From positions 1,408,001 to 1,472,000 of the forward strand of contig OY762911.1 of assembly GCA_963666565.1 (NCBI GenBank): a stretch of DNA of 64,000 nt, read 5' to 3'. Every line of letters begins with the position of its first letter. Position 1 is the first letter of the stretch. Both the position numbers and the translations under genes were made by a program. Of the stretch, positions 1-10,082 are shown piece by piece. The stretch comes from Thermoanaerobaculia bacterium (GTDB lineage: Bacteria > Acidobacteriota > Thermoanaerobaculia > Multivoradales > Multivoraceae). The notes below the pieces were generated by a model that had not been told where the DNA came from, did no database searches, and worked only from the letters and a program-made list of their open reading frames with translations.

Positions 1-1
1 G

Positions 2-751
2 TTCCTGTGGGCGCGGCCGACCGTGCCGCAGAACGTCGTCGTCGACATCGATGAGACGACGGGGCGGGCGGTCGAGAACACCGAGATCGTCTTCACGGAG
101 CTGGACCAGGAGATGCTCGTGTGCCCGACCTGGATCGGCGGCAAGGACTGGGAGGCCGGTTCCTACAGCCCGCTGACCCGGACGATGTACTACCCGCTGC
201 GCAACATGTGCGCGCGGATGCTGGTGACGGGCGACACGAACAGCCCGCGGGCGCAGGCGTTCGAACAGCAGGTCGCGATCTACAACCTGGCCGCCGACCA
301 CATCCAGGCGCCGGGCGAGGAGTTCCTCGGCACGGTGTACGCGATCTCGGCCGTGACCGGCGAAACGAAGTGGCTGTTCGAGACCGAAGGCGCGACCTAC
401 TCGGTCGTTGCGACCGGCGGCGGCCTGATCTTCGGCGGCGATTCGAGCGGCAGCTTCCGCGCCTTCGACCACGAGACCGGCGACGTGCTGTGGGAGGTGA
501 ACCTCGGCGCTCCGGCGATGGGCTACCCGATCTCCTACGCCGTGGACGGGCGGCAGTACGTCGCCATCTCGACCGGACCGGGCAGCCTCAGGCACACGCC
601 CGAGGGCGCCGCGAGAGCCAGGGGCGGCAACCTGTACGTCTTCGCCCTGCCGGAACGCCGCCAGGAGCTTGCGCGGCAGAAACCGGGTGCGCCGGCGTCC
701 TCGCCGGCATCCGGCGCGGAGCGCCGGCTTCAGGGCCTCCTGCCGCGCTAG
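2..751 (+). CDS. PQQ-binding beta-propeller dehydrogenase, C-terminal part (5' truncated by window edge)
   Basis: Frame open from position 2 (FLWARPTV). GGKDW, ATGGGLIFGG and YPISYAVDGRQYVA motifs; paralog of 53130-54905. The C-terminal tail is REP-encoded. Confidence 0.85.
   Translation, partial: FLWARPTVPQNVVVDIDETTGRAVENTEIVFTELDQEMLVCPTWIGGKDWEAGSYSPLTRTMYYPLRNMCARMLVTGDTNSPRAQAFEQQVAIYNLAADHIQAPGEEFLGTVYAISAVTGETKWLFETEGATYSVVATGGGLIFGGDSSGSFRAFDHETGDVLWEVNLGAPAMGYPISYAVDGRQYVAISTGPGSLRHTPEGAARARGGNLYVFALPERRQELARQKPGAPASSPASGAERRLQGLLPR
683..727 (+). repeat. REP-like element type B, inside the CDS 3' end
   Basis: CCGGGTGCGCCGGCGTCCTCGCCGGC followed by the hairpin CCGGCGC-GGA-GCGCCGG. 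Confidence 0.8.
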
Positions 752-1359
752 CGGCCGCTCGGCCGCAGCCCCTCCAGCAGCGTCCGCGTCGTCTGCCGGG
801 TCAGTTCGTCGACGTCGACGTTCGGGTCGATCTGCCCCTCGATCAGCAGGGAGGCCAGGCCGTGGACCGCGCTCCACGCCACGTAGGCCCGGGTGCGCGG
901 GTCTCCGGGCGCGATCTCGCCGCTCTCCTGGTGCGATTCGATGATTCCCGCCAGGTGCTCCAGCAGGGCGCCGGCCGCCTCGCGGAGTTCCGGTTCGCCC
1001 TGGCGGGCGATCGCCTCCTTGCCCCACATCAGGCGGTAGTGGGCCGGATGCTCCAGGGCGAAGCGGACGTACTCCTCGCCCATGCGGAGGAGCCGGTCCA
1101 CGCGGGACGGGGCGCCGGCGCCGGCGAGCGACTCCAGGCGCAGGCGGAGACGGTCGAAGCCCTGAACCGCCACCGCGACGAGCAGCGCCGTCTTGTCCGG
1201 GAAGTGCCGGTAGGGGGCCGCTCGCGACACGCCGAGACGGCCGCCGATCGCCCGCATCGTCACGCTGGCGGCGCCCCCCTCGGAGATCATGGCCGCCGCC
1301 GCCTCGACGAGGGCGGCCCGGAGGTCTCCGTGGTGGTAGGCGTGGACCCGCTCGGCCAT
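748..1359 (-). CDS. TetR/AcrR family regulator with WHG C-terminal domain
   Basis: YHHGDLR N-terminus, HTH with APYRHFPDK, and WSAVHG motif. Confidence 0.92.
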   Translation of the reverse strand: MAERVHAYHHGDLRAALVEAAAAMISEGGAASVTMRAIGGRLGVSRAAPYRHFPDKTALLVAVAVQGFDRLRLRLESLAGAGAPSRVDRLLRMGEEYVRFALEHPAHYRLMWGKEAIARQGEPELREAAGALLEHLAGIIESHQESGEIAPGDPRTRAYVAWSAVHGLASLLIEGQIDPNVDVDELTRQTTRTLLEGLRPSGR

Positions 1360-1386
1360 GGGCGATTATGGGCCAGGGCCGCGGGT

Positions 1387-1430
1387 GTTGACAATGTCAA
1401 CGGAGGCGTGTATGTTGACGATGTCAACAT
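1387..1430. promoter_or_regulatory. Two palindromic TetR operators overlapping a sigma70 promoter for the 1464 gene
   Basis: GTTGACA-A-TGTCAAC (1387-1401) and ATGTTGAC-GAT-GTCAACAT (1412-1430); TTGACA(1388)-N17-TATGTT(1411). Confidence 0.85.
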
Positions 1431-1463
1431 TCCCCGGGACCGGAGAACGGGAGAGGAGGCATC

Positions 1464-3062
1464 GTGAAGAACGGACCGAAGAACCAAGGCGCCAGGCGCC
1501 ATCGACCGAGCCGGATCTCGTGGCTGGCCCTGAGGATCTGCCTGACCGGATGCGTGATGCCCGGTCTCGGGCAGGCGGGTTCGGCGACGCCGCCGGCCTA
1601 CGTCCCGGCGCGCCACGAGGTCGTCTTCGGCGCCGCCGAACGGCTGACAATGCTTGCCGGGTTCCTCTGGGGCGGCCCGGTAGCCGACCTCGTCGCCCTG
1701 AACGTCGACGTCGACGGCGACCGCCGGCTGCGGATCTTCCGGTTCGCGGACGGCGCGTGGTCGCCGGCCGTCGAGACGTCGCTGCGGCGCGACGTCTCGT
1801 TCGTGGACATCGCGAGCATCGACGGTCGGGACCGGCTGATCGCTTACGGCGGCGGCCGGCTGACCTGGTTCGATCCGGTTTCCGGGGAGGAACGGGAACT
1901 CGTCGCCGTGACCTCCGACTTCAGGGCGTCGCCGAGACGCGAGGTTCTCCACGTGGACGTCGCCCGCGACCTGAACGGGGACGGTCGCGACGACCTGGCG
2001 GTGCCGCACGGCCACGGATTCCAGGTCCTCGTTCAGGAGAGCGGCGGCTCGTTCTCGGAACCGCTGGCGATCGGCCCGTCCACGGGCCTGGACCGGGTCT
2101 ACGGGGCCGACGGGTACCGCTACGCGCCCTGGGAAGAAGGCGGCCGGATCCACGAGATGGACTACGACCTGGACGGCCGCACCGACCTCGCGTTCTGGAA
2201 CGAGGACAGGTTCGTCGTCCATCTCCAGGACGGGAGCGGTCGGTTCCGCGCGGAGGCCGAGACGTTCACTACCGCGATCCCCTTCGACTCCGACCAGATC
2301 GCCTCGCTGGCCGCGCCGGCGGGCATCCGCAACCGGCGGATGGACCACATGCCGGAAGGCGAGAGCACCGGCAGAGTGCTCCACTCGCTGACCGACATGA
2401 ACGGCGACGGCGTCGCCGACCTCGTCGTCTTCTCGCTGAAGGGTTCGAGCCTGTGGAAGATGCACTCCTCGTACGAGGTGTACTTCGGCGCTCGGGGGCC
2501 AGGGGGAAACGTGGAGTTCTCGGCGGACGCCGGAGCCGTCGTGGAGTCCCAAGGCATCATCGCCGGAATCGACCGGCACGACTTCGACCGCGACGGCCAG
2601 GTCGACGTGATGGTGACCGCCTTCGAGCCGACGGTCCTGAGCGCGGCCCGCGTCCTCATCATGTCGCTCTTCACCGGCGCCGGATCGTTCGACCTCGAGT
2701 TCTTCCGCATGGAGGACGGCCGCTTCGCACGGCGCCCCGCCGCGGTACGGGAGATCAGGCCGCGGTCGCCCAGGAAGTCGGGGGAGAGGTCCTTCTGGCC
2801 GGCGGTCCGGCTGGGAGACCTGAACGGCGACGGACGTTCGGACCTCGTCGTGGCGCGAAACCGCAAGCGGCTGCATGTCCATCTCGGCGTGCCGGGACCG
2901 GACCTGTTCGCGAGAAAGCCCCAGCGGATCGCGGTCGCAGTCCCCGAAGACGAGGAGTACACCTGGCTGGCCGACCTGAACCGGGACGGCAAGGACGACG
3001 TGCTGATGCACCACGCGTCGGAGGCGGCGCCTCACCGGCTGACGGTGCTGATGTCCCGGTAG
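1464..3062 (+). CDS. FG-GAP/VCBS repeat exported protein
   Basis: Repeated DxNGDGxxD motifs (DLNGDGRDDL, DMNGDGVADL, DLNGDGRSDL, DLNRDGKDD); GGAGAGGAGG RBS before GTG. Confidence 0.85.
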   Translation: MKNGPKNQGARRHRPSRISWLALRICLTGCVMPGLGQAGSATPPAYVPARHEVVFGAAERLTMLAGFLWGGPVADLVALNVDVDGDRRLRIFRFADGAWSPAVETSLRRDVSFVDIASIDGRDRLIAYGGGRLTWFDPVSGEERELVAVTSDFRASPRREVLHVDVARDLNGDGRDDLAVPHGHGFQVLVQESGGSFSEPLAIGPSTGLDRVYGADGYRYAPWEEGGRIHEMDYDLDGRTDLAFWNEDRFVVHLQDGSGRFRAEAETFTTAIPFDSDQIASLAAPAGIRNRRMDHMPEGESTGRVLHSLTDMNGDGVADLVVFSLKGSSLWKMHSSYEVYFGARGPGGNVEFSADAGAVVESQGIIAGIDRHDFDRDGQVDVMVTAFEPTVLSAARVLIMSLFTGAGSFDLEFFRMEDGRFARRPAAVREIRPRSPRKSGERSFWPAVRLGDLNGDGRSDLVVARNRKRLHVHLGVPGPDLFARKPQRIAVAVPEDEEYTWLADLNRDGKDDVLMHHASEAAPHRLTVLMSR

Positions 3063-3077
3063 CGCAAAGGTGAGGTC

Positions 3078-3187
3078 GCCGCTTCGCGGCGCGCTTTCCT
3101 CGGAAGCCGGCGGGGACGCCGGCGCACCCAGTGTGCAGCGTCTGCTGGGTGCGCGGGTCTTCCGACCCGCTGCCGCCGGAGGCGGCC
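3078..3187. repeat. Back-to-back REP pair (type B on -, type A on +) between convergent genes
   Basis: GCCGGCGGGGACGCCGGCGCACCCAG (3106-3131) and CTGGGTGCGCGGGTCTTCCGACCCGCTGCCGCCGGAGGCGGCC (3145-3187). Confidence 0.85.
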
Positions 3188-3206
3188 AGGGACCGCGCCG
3201 CCCTTC

Positions 3207-5753
3207 TCACAACCGAAACAGCCGCGTGACCTTCACGATCAGCGCCCGGTTCTCGAGCCCCGGGAAGCCCTCCGCCAGGGTGTCCCGCTGCTCGTTGTAG
3301 ACGACGAACAGCTCGCTGCCGGGCGTGTACTCCCAGCGCAACCGCACGTTCGCGGCCAGTCCGCGGCTCTCGGAGTCGTACTGAAAGAGCGCGGTCACGA
3401 ACATGCGCGGGTTCATCGTGTAGACCGCGCGCAGGTCGACAAGTTCCACATCGAAGTCGCCCTCGGGCAACTCCACGCGGTTGAACGAGATGCCGGGTTC
3501 GAGCAGGAACCGTGAACTCAGGTTCACGCGCCCCCAGCCCCAGCCGAAGGACGTCTTGCGGCCGCTGTAGAAGTCGCCGTACTCGATGAAGAACTCGCCG
3601 GAGATCCGCCGCTGCTGGCCGAGTTGATACTCGGCTTGCACGTAGTCGAAGTCGTAGCCGCCGACGCCGAGCGTGATGTCCGAGGCGATGGGGAACGGAT
3701 AGGGGAGGAACTCGTAGGTCCGCGCGTACGTCAGCCCGAACTCGTCCCCGCTGTGGAACTCGATCTCCAGCTCCCACTCGGACTCGCGGGTCTCGACCAC
3801 GCCGGCGCCGTTCTCGATGTAGGCCATCGACCCGGACCACGAGTACTTGCGCACCAGCCTGCTATCGGCCGGGCGCGGGCTGAACCGGAACTGGCCGAAG
3901 GAACGGCGCATGTCGTGGCGGCGGACGAAGCCGATGCCTGGGTTGAAGTGGCCGCCCACTCGCAGGCGCTCCAGTTGGACTCCGTAGCGGTCGCCGTTGA
4001 AGTCCATCTGGAAGCGATAGCTGGCGTCGTCGTCCTTGAGTCCGGGCGTGCTCGTCTCGGCCCAGTAGGCGTTGAACGTGAGGTTGTCGAAGAAGGCGAA
4101 CGTCCCGTCGACGCCGTAGGCCTCGTTGCGTCCGGCGCCTGTCAGGTCGATCGAGCGGCGCGTGTAGATGACGCCGACGCTGCTCCGGCGCAGGATGTCC
4201 CGCTTGAGCCGCAGCACGCCGAAGTTCGTCGCGACCGCGCCGGACAGCGGTTCGTCGTCCGCCTGGATGTTCAGCAGGCCGAGCGTGTAGCGGCCGGCCC
4301 GTCCGGTCAGCCGGGCGCCGGCCTCGATGGGTACCGCCCGTCCCTCGTGCAGGCCGATGCGCCGGCTGTAGAAAAGGGTCGGCGTGTCCCAGGACCCCCC
4401 GAACGGGCCGCCTCCGGCCCCGCCGAAGGCGAAGGTTCCCTGGTTCTCGAGGAAGAAGTCGCGCTTCTCGGGGAAGAAGAGGCTGAAGCGCGTCAGATCG
4501 ACCTGCTGCTGGTCGGCTTCGACCTGGGCGAAGTCGGTGTTGACCGTGAAGTCGGCCGTGAGGTTCTGGCTGAGTCCGTACTTGACGTCGATGCCGAGGT
4601 CGGCGCTGACCTCGTTCGAGATCTCCGGGTCGACCAGGCGGTCGCTCGCCATGTCGGCCACCATGTAGGGCTTGAACTCGAGGTTCCTCGATGCCGGCGG
4701 CGCTTCCAGTCCGACCAGCTTCGCCGCCAGCGACATCTGCATGATGCCCATGGTGCCCCGCGCCTCCGGCATGCGGGTCAACGTGGAGCTCTCGTTCTTC
4801 CACTGCGTGTAGCGCTGGAAGTTGACGCCCCAGATCTGCGTCGCGCCGGGGCGATACCGGAGCGACCGGAACGGGATGGCGGCTTCCGCCGTCCAGCCGC
4901 CCTCGAACCGGCCCGTTCTGAGGTCCCATACCGGGTTCCAGTCCATGTTCATCTGGCTCTCGTCGGTGATCTGCGCGTCGAAGCGGCCGCCCGAGGCGTA
5001 GACGGTGAAGATGGCGGCGTTGCGGTGGTCGTGGAACGTGTCGAGAGCGATGTCGACGTAGTCGTCCTCGCTGAACGAGTCGCGCCTCATGTCGTTGGCG
5101 GCGATCCGGTCGGGGTCCTGCCAGCAGCGGAACGAGACGAAGACCGTGGCGTCGTCGAACGCGACCCAGACGTCCGTCCTGTCGGTGGCCGGCTCACCCG
5201 GCCGGGGTTCGACCTGGAGGAAGTCCGAAATCGGCGGCACGGCATCGTAGAGGACCTCGTCGAGCCGGCCGTCGATACGGAGCGGCGTAGCGAGGCGCAC
5301 GGCTCGAACCGTGGCCTCGCCCGAGTCGTTCCGGTTCATCACGGCAGGCGGCACGGGTGGAGGCGGCCCGTCGAAGTTGGGGGGAAGGTCCAGCGGCGCC
5401 GTTCGCGGCGCGGGCGAGCCGGGCGGAAGCGAGGCCGGTGCCGGCTCCGGCGCCTGTGCCGCGACGTCCGGCGCCAGGAAGAGGGCGCCCACGAGCAACC
5501 AGCGGAAAGTCGCCTGCCGGGTGCGCGGGTCTTCCGACCCGCTGCCGCCGGAGGCGGCCGGAAGGACAGACCGGCCGTTAGGCCGGCTCCGCTCGGGCTG
5601 GCGCCTCGTTTGGTGCGGTCGCCGGCCTTCGGCCGGCGGTCCTGTCGTCCGGGCAGCGCCGCTCCGCGGCACAGGCCGTGGGCGGGTCAGAAGACCCGCG
5701 CACCCAGTGGGCTGGCTTCGCCGGCCGCCGGTTCCATGCAAGCGGTTCGTCAT
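3207..5753 (-). CDS. DUF5916 / CBM9-like domain outer-membrane protein
   Basis: [32 protein letters not shown] and FYSRRIG motifs. The start is placed at the ATG overlapping the upstream stop (ATGA 5750-5753), not at 6380. Confidence 0.8.
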   Translation of the reverse strand: MTNRLHGTGGRRSQPTGCAGLLTRPRPVPRSGAARTTGPPAEGRRPHQTRRQPERSRPNGRSVLPAASGGSGSEDPRTRQATFRWLLVGALFLAPDVAAQAPEPAPASLPPGSPAPRTAPLDLPPNFDGPPPPVPPAVMNRNDSGEATVRAVRLATPLRIDGRLDEVLYDAVPPISDFLQVEPRPGEPATDRTDVWVAFDDATVFVSFRCWQDPDRIAANDMRRDSFSEDDYVDIALDTFHDHRNAAIFTVYASGGRFDAQITDESQMNMDWNPVWDLRTGRFEGGWTAEAAIPFRSLRYRPGATQIWGVNFQRYTQWKNESSTLTRMPEARGTMGIMQMSLAAKLVGLEAPPASRNLEFKPYMVADMASDRLVDPEISNEVSADLGIDVKYGLSQNLTADFTVNTDFAQVEADQQQVDLTRFSLFFPEKRDFFLENQGTFAFGGAGGGPFGGSWDTPTLFYSRRIGLHEGRAVPIEAGARLTGRAGRYTLGLLNIQADDEPLSGAVATNFGVLRLKRDILRRSSVGVIYTRRSIDLTGAGRNEAYGVDGTFAFFDNLTFNAYWAETSTPGLKDDDASYRFQMDFNGDRYGVQLERLRVGGHFNPGIGFVRRHDMRRSFGQFRFSPRPADSRLVRKYSWSGSMAYIENGAGVVETRESEWELEIEFHSGDEFGLTYARTYEFLPYPFPIASDITLGVGGYDFDYVQAEYQLGQQRRISGEFFIEYGDFYSGRKTSFGWGWGRVNLSSRFLLEPGISFNRVELPEGDFDVELVDLRAVYTMNPRMFVTALFQYDSESRGLAANVRLRWEYTPGSELFVVYNEQRDTLAEGFPGLENRALIVKVTRLFRL
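5517..5707. repeat. Inverted type A REP pair (REPIN-like) inside the 5' end of the DUF5916 CDS
   Basis: Type A on + at 5517-5559 and on - at 5682-5707. Confidence 0.85.
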
Positions 5754-8119
5754 CCGATCCGGTTCCTGCCGACGTTCTCGTCCTGATGCACGGTCACCGG
5801 CCAGCCGGGGAACTGGGCATCCTCGCCGTCCGCGTCTCCGGCAGTGCTCAGGAAACGGAACGCCTCGATCCGGTAGGTCTTCGCCTCGGTGTCGATCGTG
5901 ATCAGGCCGAAGCCGCTGCTCTTCTGGTGCGCCCGCTCGTACGGGTCGGGCGCGGTGCCCACCTCCGGGTTGCCGATCGCGTAGACGTAGACGCGGTTGC
6001 CCAGCGGATCGAGGAACTCGCCGGTGTGCTCCCGGCCGTGCCGGGGCCGGTTCCGGTGGGGGATGCCGACCTCGTCGGGCCGCCACCAGCGCGGATAGCC
6101 GGCGCTGATCGCCGGCGTGCAGAACGCCCAGCAGCCGTCGCGCTGGGCGTCGGCCCCGTACTGGACGAGCGAGGGCAGGTGCTGGTCGCCGCAGACGTGC
6201 AGGCACTTCGCCTTCCGGAGGATGCGGACGAGCCGGTTGCGCGGCGTCTGCGGCCAGCCGCCGCAGTCGAGATCGGCGATCAGGTAGTCGTCGTAACCGC
6301 CGTGGTGCGTAGCGACGCCCGCGAACACCGTCTGGCTGAGCAGCACCTTCATCGTGTGGCCCCGCCAGTCGCCGGCCCACTGCTCCAGGAACGCTTCCTG
6401 CCGGTCGCCGAGCAGCGCGAGGCCGGGCCGGTCGAGCGCGGAGGTGTCGACGCTTTCGTCCAGCACGTGGTCGGCCCGGCCGGGCCCGGTGTCCACGTGC
6501 TCCGGGCCGCTCTTGAACTGCCGGTCGGCGAGGATCGCGAACCCCACGCCGCCGTAGACCATGTCGCCGTAGTAGACGCCGATGTCCTGGTCCACAGGCG
6601 CCGGGTCGAACGGGTCCGGGTGATGCGATGCGTTCGTGCGGTGGACGACGTTCACCATCCGCGCCGGCTCCCGGTAGCCGCCGAGCGAGGAGGTGCCCCG
6701 GCCGGCATCCATCGCCTTGCCGCCCTCGCCCCAGATGTTGCCCTGGAACACGTCGTGATCATCCGGAACACACAACGTCGGCCGGTCCCGCATGGTTTCC
6801 CGGAACGCCCAGCCGAACATGTAGTACTTGCGCAGGTAGTTCAGGATCGCGGGCCCGGCCGGCTCGCGGATCAGGCCGTAGCCGCCGTGGTTCTCGTAGA
6901 GCTGGTCGCCGGAGAAGAAGAGCAGGTCGGGGTCGCGCGCCAGAACGTGGTCCGCGACCGGGGCGTACGGGAAGGAGTAGTCGTTCTGGCAGGTGAGACC
7001 GGCCAGCCGCAGCGGCCGCCCGGCCGGATTGGCGCGGATCGTGCCGCGCCACTCGTGCTCCGTCTCGCCGCCGTCCGTGTGCCGCTCGCGGTAGACAAGC
7101 CGGAACGGCGCCGCCTCGCCCTCGTTCCAGTTGGGCAGCCGGAACGTCGCCGTCCAAGCGTCCGGGTCGAGTTCGGCGAAGCCGTGGGAGCGCCATTCCC
7201 CGTCCCGCTCCGTCAGCAACTCGACCCGCCGGTCGTCGTCCGCGCCCAGCGGCGGCAGCAGCGCCGTCATCTTGACGACGAACCCCTCGTCGCCGCGGAA
7301 GTCGCTCATCGAGTACATCGTCCACAGGATCGGCCCGAACCGGTGGCCCTCGTCGACCTCTAAGGCGTCGCCGTCCGCCGTCCACTCGCCGAAGCGGTAC
7401 CGGGTGCCCTCGCCCTTCGGGATCTCCCGATCGAAGTTGCTGACGATGGCAACGTTTCCCTCGATCTCGGCCGCCTGCACCGTGTGAGTGAGGCTGCCCA
7501 GTTCAGTTCCGGAGGCGGTCCGGGCCGTCAGGCTGAGTTCACAGTCCTGGCCCTCGGTTCTGCCCTCAAGAACCAGGATGATCCCCTTGGCCGCCACGCC
7601 GTCGCCGTCGGCCGCCTCCGCGCTGGCTCCTCCAAGCACAAGCCGCCCATCGATCAGCCCCGCATCGACCCCGACGCCGCGCGCGAAGCAGTTGCTGCGA
7701 TGGTCATCGATCCGGTTGCGAATACCAATCCGGAACCCCGCGCCGCCGTCCCGCTCGCCGACTTCCACCTGCCGGCAACGCACCGACATCCGGAACCGCC
7801 CCGGCCCGCCGGTCAGTCGGTGCGTGATCAGGTGAACGTTCCGGTCGCCGCCCGATGTCTGCGCCTCGGCGGCGCCGTCCACCACCCGCCAGTCCTCCAT
7901 CGGATTGGCCCAGAACCGCTCGCCGAGCCAGACTCGGTCGTGCGTCCGGTGCCAGCGGTCGACCCGGGTGCCAGAGACCCGATCGCTTCCCTGCTGTCGT
8001 GCCTCGGCCCGTCCGATCCGCCTTGGCAGGGAAACCACAGCGGCCAGGAATCCCAGGAGTCCGCGTCGCGTGAAACCGTCCCTTGAATCGGAACCGCTAT
8101 CGCCACCTCGCCGGGCCAT
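5750..8119 (-). CDS. Tat-exported PhoD-like (alkaline phosphatase D family) metallophosphoesterase
   Basis: FTRRGLL twin-arginine signal; GDQLYE, DDHDV and GDQH metallophosphoesterase motifs. Confidence 0.8.
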   Translation of the reverse strand: MARRGGDSGSDSRDGFTRRGLLGFLAAVVSLPRRIGRAEARQQGSDRVSGTRVDRWHRTHDRVWLGERFWANPMEDWRVVDGAAEAQTSGGDRNVHLITHRLTGGPGRFRMSVRCRQVEVGERDGGAGFRIGIRNRIDDHRSNCFARGVGVDAGLIDGRLVLGGASAEAADGDGVAAKGIILVLEGRTEGQDCELSLTARTASGTELGSLTHTVQAAEIEGNVAIVSNFDREIPKGEGTRYRFGEWTADGDALEVDEGHRFGPILWTMYSMSDFRGDEGFVVKMTALLPPLGADDDRRVELLTERDGEWRSHGFAELDPDAWTATFRLPNWNEGEAAPFRLVYRERHTDGGETEHEWRGTIRANPAGRPLRLAGLTCQNDYSFPYAPVADHVLARDPDLLFFSGDQLYENHGGYGLIREPAGPAILNYLRKYYMFGWAFRETMRDRPTLCVPDDHDVFQGNIWGEGGKAMDAGRGTSSLGGYREPARMVNVVHRTNASHHPDPFDPAPVDQDIGVYYGDMVYGGVGFAILADRQFKSGPEHVDTGPGRADHVLDESVDTSALDRPGLALLGDRQEAFLEQWAGDWRGHTMKVLLSQTVFAGVATHHGGYDDYLIADLDCGGWPQTPRNRLVRILRKAKCLHVCGDQHLPSLVQYGADAQRDGCWAFCTPAISAGYPRWWRPDEVGIPHRNRPRHGREHTGEFLDPLGNRVYVYAIGNPEVGTAPDPYERAHQKSSGFGLITIDTEAKTYRIEAFRFLSTAGDADGEDAQFPGWPVTVHQDENVGRNRIG

Positions 8120-8262
8120 GACCGCAGTATCGCACCACAAAGTTGCGCTCGGACGCCGTACCAGGGCTCGCCACTACGCGGCATCGCGCTACAGCCGGCC
8201 AGAAGGCCGGCTCACCGGCACTCGGACAGCGATCGGATGCCGCCACGCACCGATGATGTCCA

Positions 8263-8441
8263 GCCCGCAGCGGGTCCGAGGGGGGAGGGCCCCAGCGGGC
8301 TCGGAGCGAGCGACTTCCGGTGACCTGACCGTAGGCACCGACCACCCGAAGCGAGCGGAGTGAAGTGAACGCCAGCTTTCCCCTCTTCCGAGAAGGCGTG
8401 AACGTCCGGTGGGACCCTCCCCCCTCGGACCCGCTGCGGGC
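8263..8441. repeat. Approx. 180-bp element bounded by a 27-bp perfect inverted repeat (MITE-like)
   Basis: GCCCGCAGCGGGTCCGAGGGGGGAGGG (8263-8289) with its reverse complement at 8415-8441. Confidence 0.7.
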
Positions 8442-8468
8442 GGGTGCTACCGACGCGTCGCCGCGGCG

Positions 8469-8918
8469 CTACTCGCCGTGCCGTTCCTCCGCGGTCTGCT
8501 TGAGCGCCCTGCCGACGGCCGCGAAGCCGCGGTGCATGGCGCCGCCGAACAGGAGGCGGGCCACGGGCGCCAGCGGCCCTTCGAGGGTGTCGGTGTTGAA
8601 GTAGGTGCAGCTCGTCTCGCTTCGCTTCTCGAGTCGCTGGACACGGAGCGCCTTGACGAGTCCGAGGGCGACGTTCGTGGTCCAGGCCAGGCGGGTCGGC
8701 GGTTCGACGATGGCGATGCGCTCGGTCTGCTTCCGGTTGTAGCGGTCGAGCTTGACGTCGAAGTGGATCGTGGAGCCCACGCGGACATCGGTCTTCCTGC
8801 AGGTCCGGGCGAAGGGGTTCCACTCGTGGTAGCCGTCGAGGTCGGCGAGGAGGTCCCAGGCCACCTCGATGGGAGCGTCGATCTCTACCGGTTCCGAATC
8901 GATGGAGCGCTTGAACAT
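8469..8918 (-). CDS. SRPBCC (polyketide cyclase/START-like) domain protein
   Basis: VEIDAPIEVAWDLLADLDGYHEWNPF; GGAGG RBS before ATG 8918. Confidence 0.85.
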   Translation of the reverse strand: MFKRSIDSEPVEIDAPIEVAWDLLADLDGYHEWNPFARTCRKTDVRVGSTIHFDVKLDRYNRKQTERIAIVEPPTRLAWTTNVALGLVKALRVQRLEKRSETSCTYFNTDTLEGPLAPVARLLFGGAMHRGFAAVGRALKQTAEERHGE

Positions 8919-8940
8919 CTGAGCCTCCTCCTGCTCGCTT

Positions 8941-10056
8941 CTACTCCTGGCCGAGCGACCGGAACCAGCGGTCCGAATCTTCCCAGAGGCGTCGCGACGC
9001 GCCTTCGTCGCGGGCGTCGGGGATGGGCTCGGCCTGCGCGCAGCGCTCATGGTAGTGGCCGCCTTCCAGGTGGGGATCCGTCGCGCACCGGATCGTCGTC
9101 TGGGCGGCCTGGGCCGGCGTCAGGAGGATCAGCGGCGCCAGCGGCACGATCAGGCGCTTCATCCGTCTGAGCAGCCGGGGTTCGTCCTGCCAGCCGAACG
9201 TCATGTTCGAGTAGGCCGACCCCGGATGCAGGGCGGCCGCCCGGAGGTTGCCGTCCGCGGCGTAGCGGCGGTGCAGCTCGAAGGCGTGGTGGATCAGCGC
9301 CAGCTTGGACACGCCGTAGGCGGTCCAGGAGTCCGGGGGCTTCATCCCCGCGCCGGGCGGTCGCGCGGAACGGTCGGCGGCCGGCGCGCGAGCGTGCCGC
9401 TCGGGTGTCGTCCGCGTACCCGATGGCGGGCGCGCGGACGGGTCCACCGCCGGTTCGCGAACGGGCGCGAAGAGACGGTCGTTGCTGCCCTTGTCGTGCT
9501 GGTGCGAGGAGACGTTGATCACGCGCGCGTCGCCGGTTCGTCGACCGGACTCGAGCAGCATCGGCAGCAGCAGGCGGGTCAGGTGGAACGTGCCGAGGTA
9601 GTTCGTCCGCCAGTGGATCTCGAAGCCGTCGGCGGATAACCGGGGCTTTCGCCAGCGCCAGAGCACGTCGCGGAGGATGCCGGCGTTGTTGATCAGGACG
9701 TCCAGGCGCGCGCCGGACGTCTCGCGGTACCAGGCGGCGAAGGCCGCGACGCTGGCCGCGTCGGCGAGGTCGAGCCGGTGGGCTTCGATTCCGGCCTGAC
9801 GCTCGCCGCTGTCCCGCAGGTCGCGCAACAGGGCCTCGCGGGCGGCGCCGCTGTCGCGCGGGTCGGTGACGGCGACGTCGGCGCCCCAGGCGGCCAGCGT
9901 CCGGGCGACCTGGTAGCCGATCGATCCCGGCGTTGCGCCCGTGACGATCGCCTTGCGGCCCGACATGTCCACCCGCTCGGCCATCGGCTTGCGGGAGCAG
10001 AGCTCCCAAAGGTGGTGGAAGGCCTTGGAGACCGCTGATCCGGGTCGGTAAGCCAT
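8941..10056 (-). CDS. SDR oxidoreductase (retinol dehydrogenase/WWOX-like)
   Basis: TGATPGSIG, NNAG, NYLG, YGVSK (YxxxK) and HPG motifs. Confidence 0.88.
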   Translation of the reverse strand: MAYRPGSAVSKAFHHLWELCSRKPMAERVDMSGRKAIVTGATPGSIGYQVARTLAAWGADVAVTDPRDSGAAREALLRDLRDSGERQAGIEAHRLDLADAASVAAFAAWYRETSGARLDVLINNAGILRDVLWRWRKPRLSADGFEIHWRTNYLGTFHLTRLLLPMLLESGRRTGDARVINVSSHQHDKGSNDRLFAPVREPAVDPSARPPSGTRTTPERHARAPAADRSARPPGAGMKPPDSWTAYGVSKLALIHHAFELHRRYAADGNLRAAALHPGSAYSNMTFGWQDEPRLLRRMKRLIVPLAPLILLTPAQAAQTTIRCATDPHLEGGHYHERCAQAEPIPDARDEGASRRLWEDSDRWFRSLGQE

Positions 10057-10082
10057 GAAGTTGGTGGCGCGCGACGGACCGT

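Noticed and set aside
5754-6380. N-terminal extension of ORF 3207-6380
   Set aside because: It overlaps the phoD-like CDS in another frame; the ATGA junction at 5750-5753 gives a better start.
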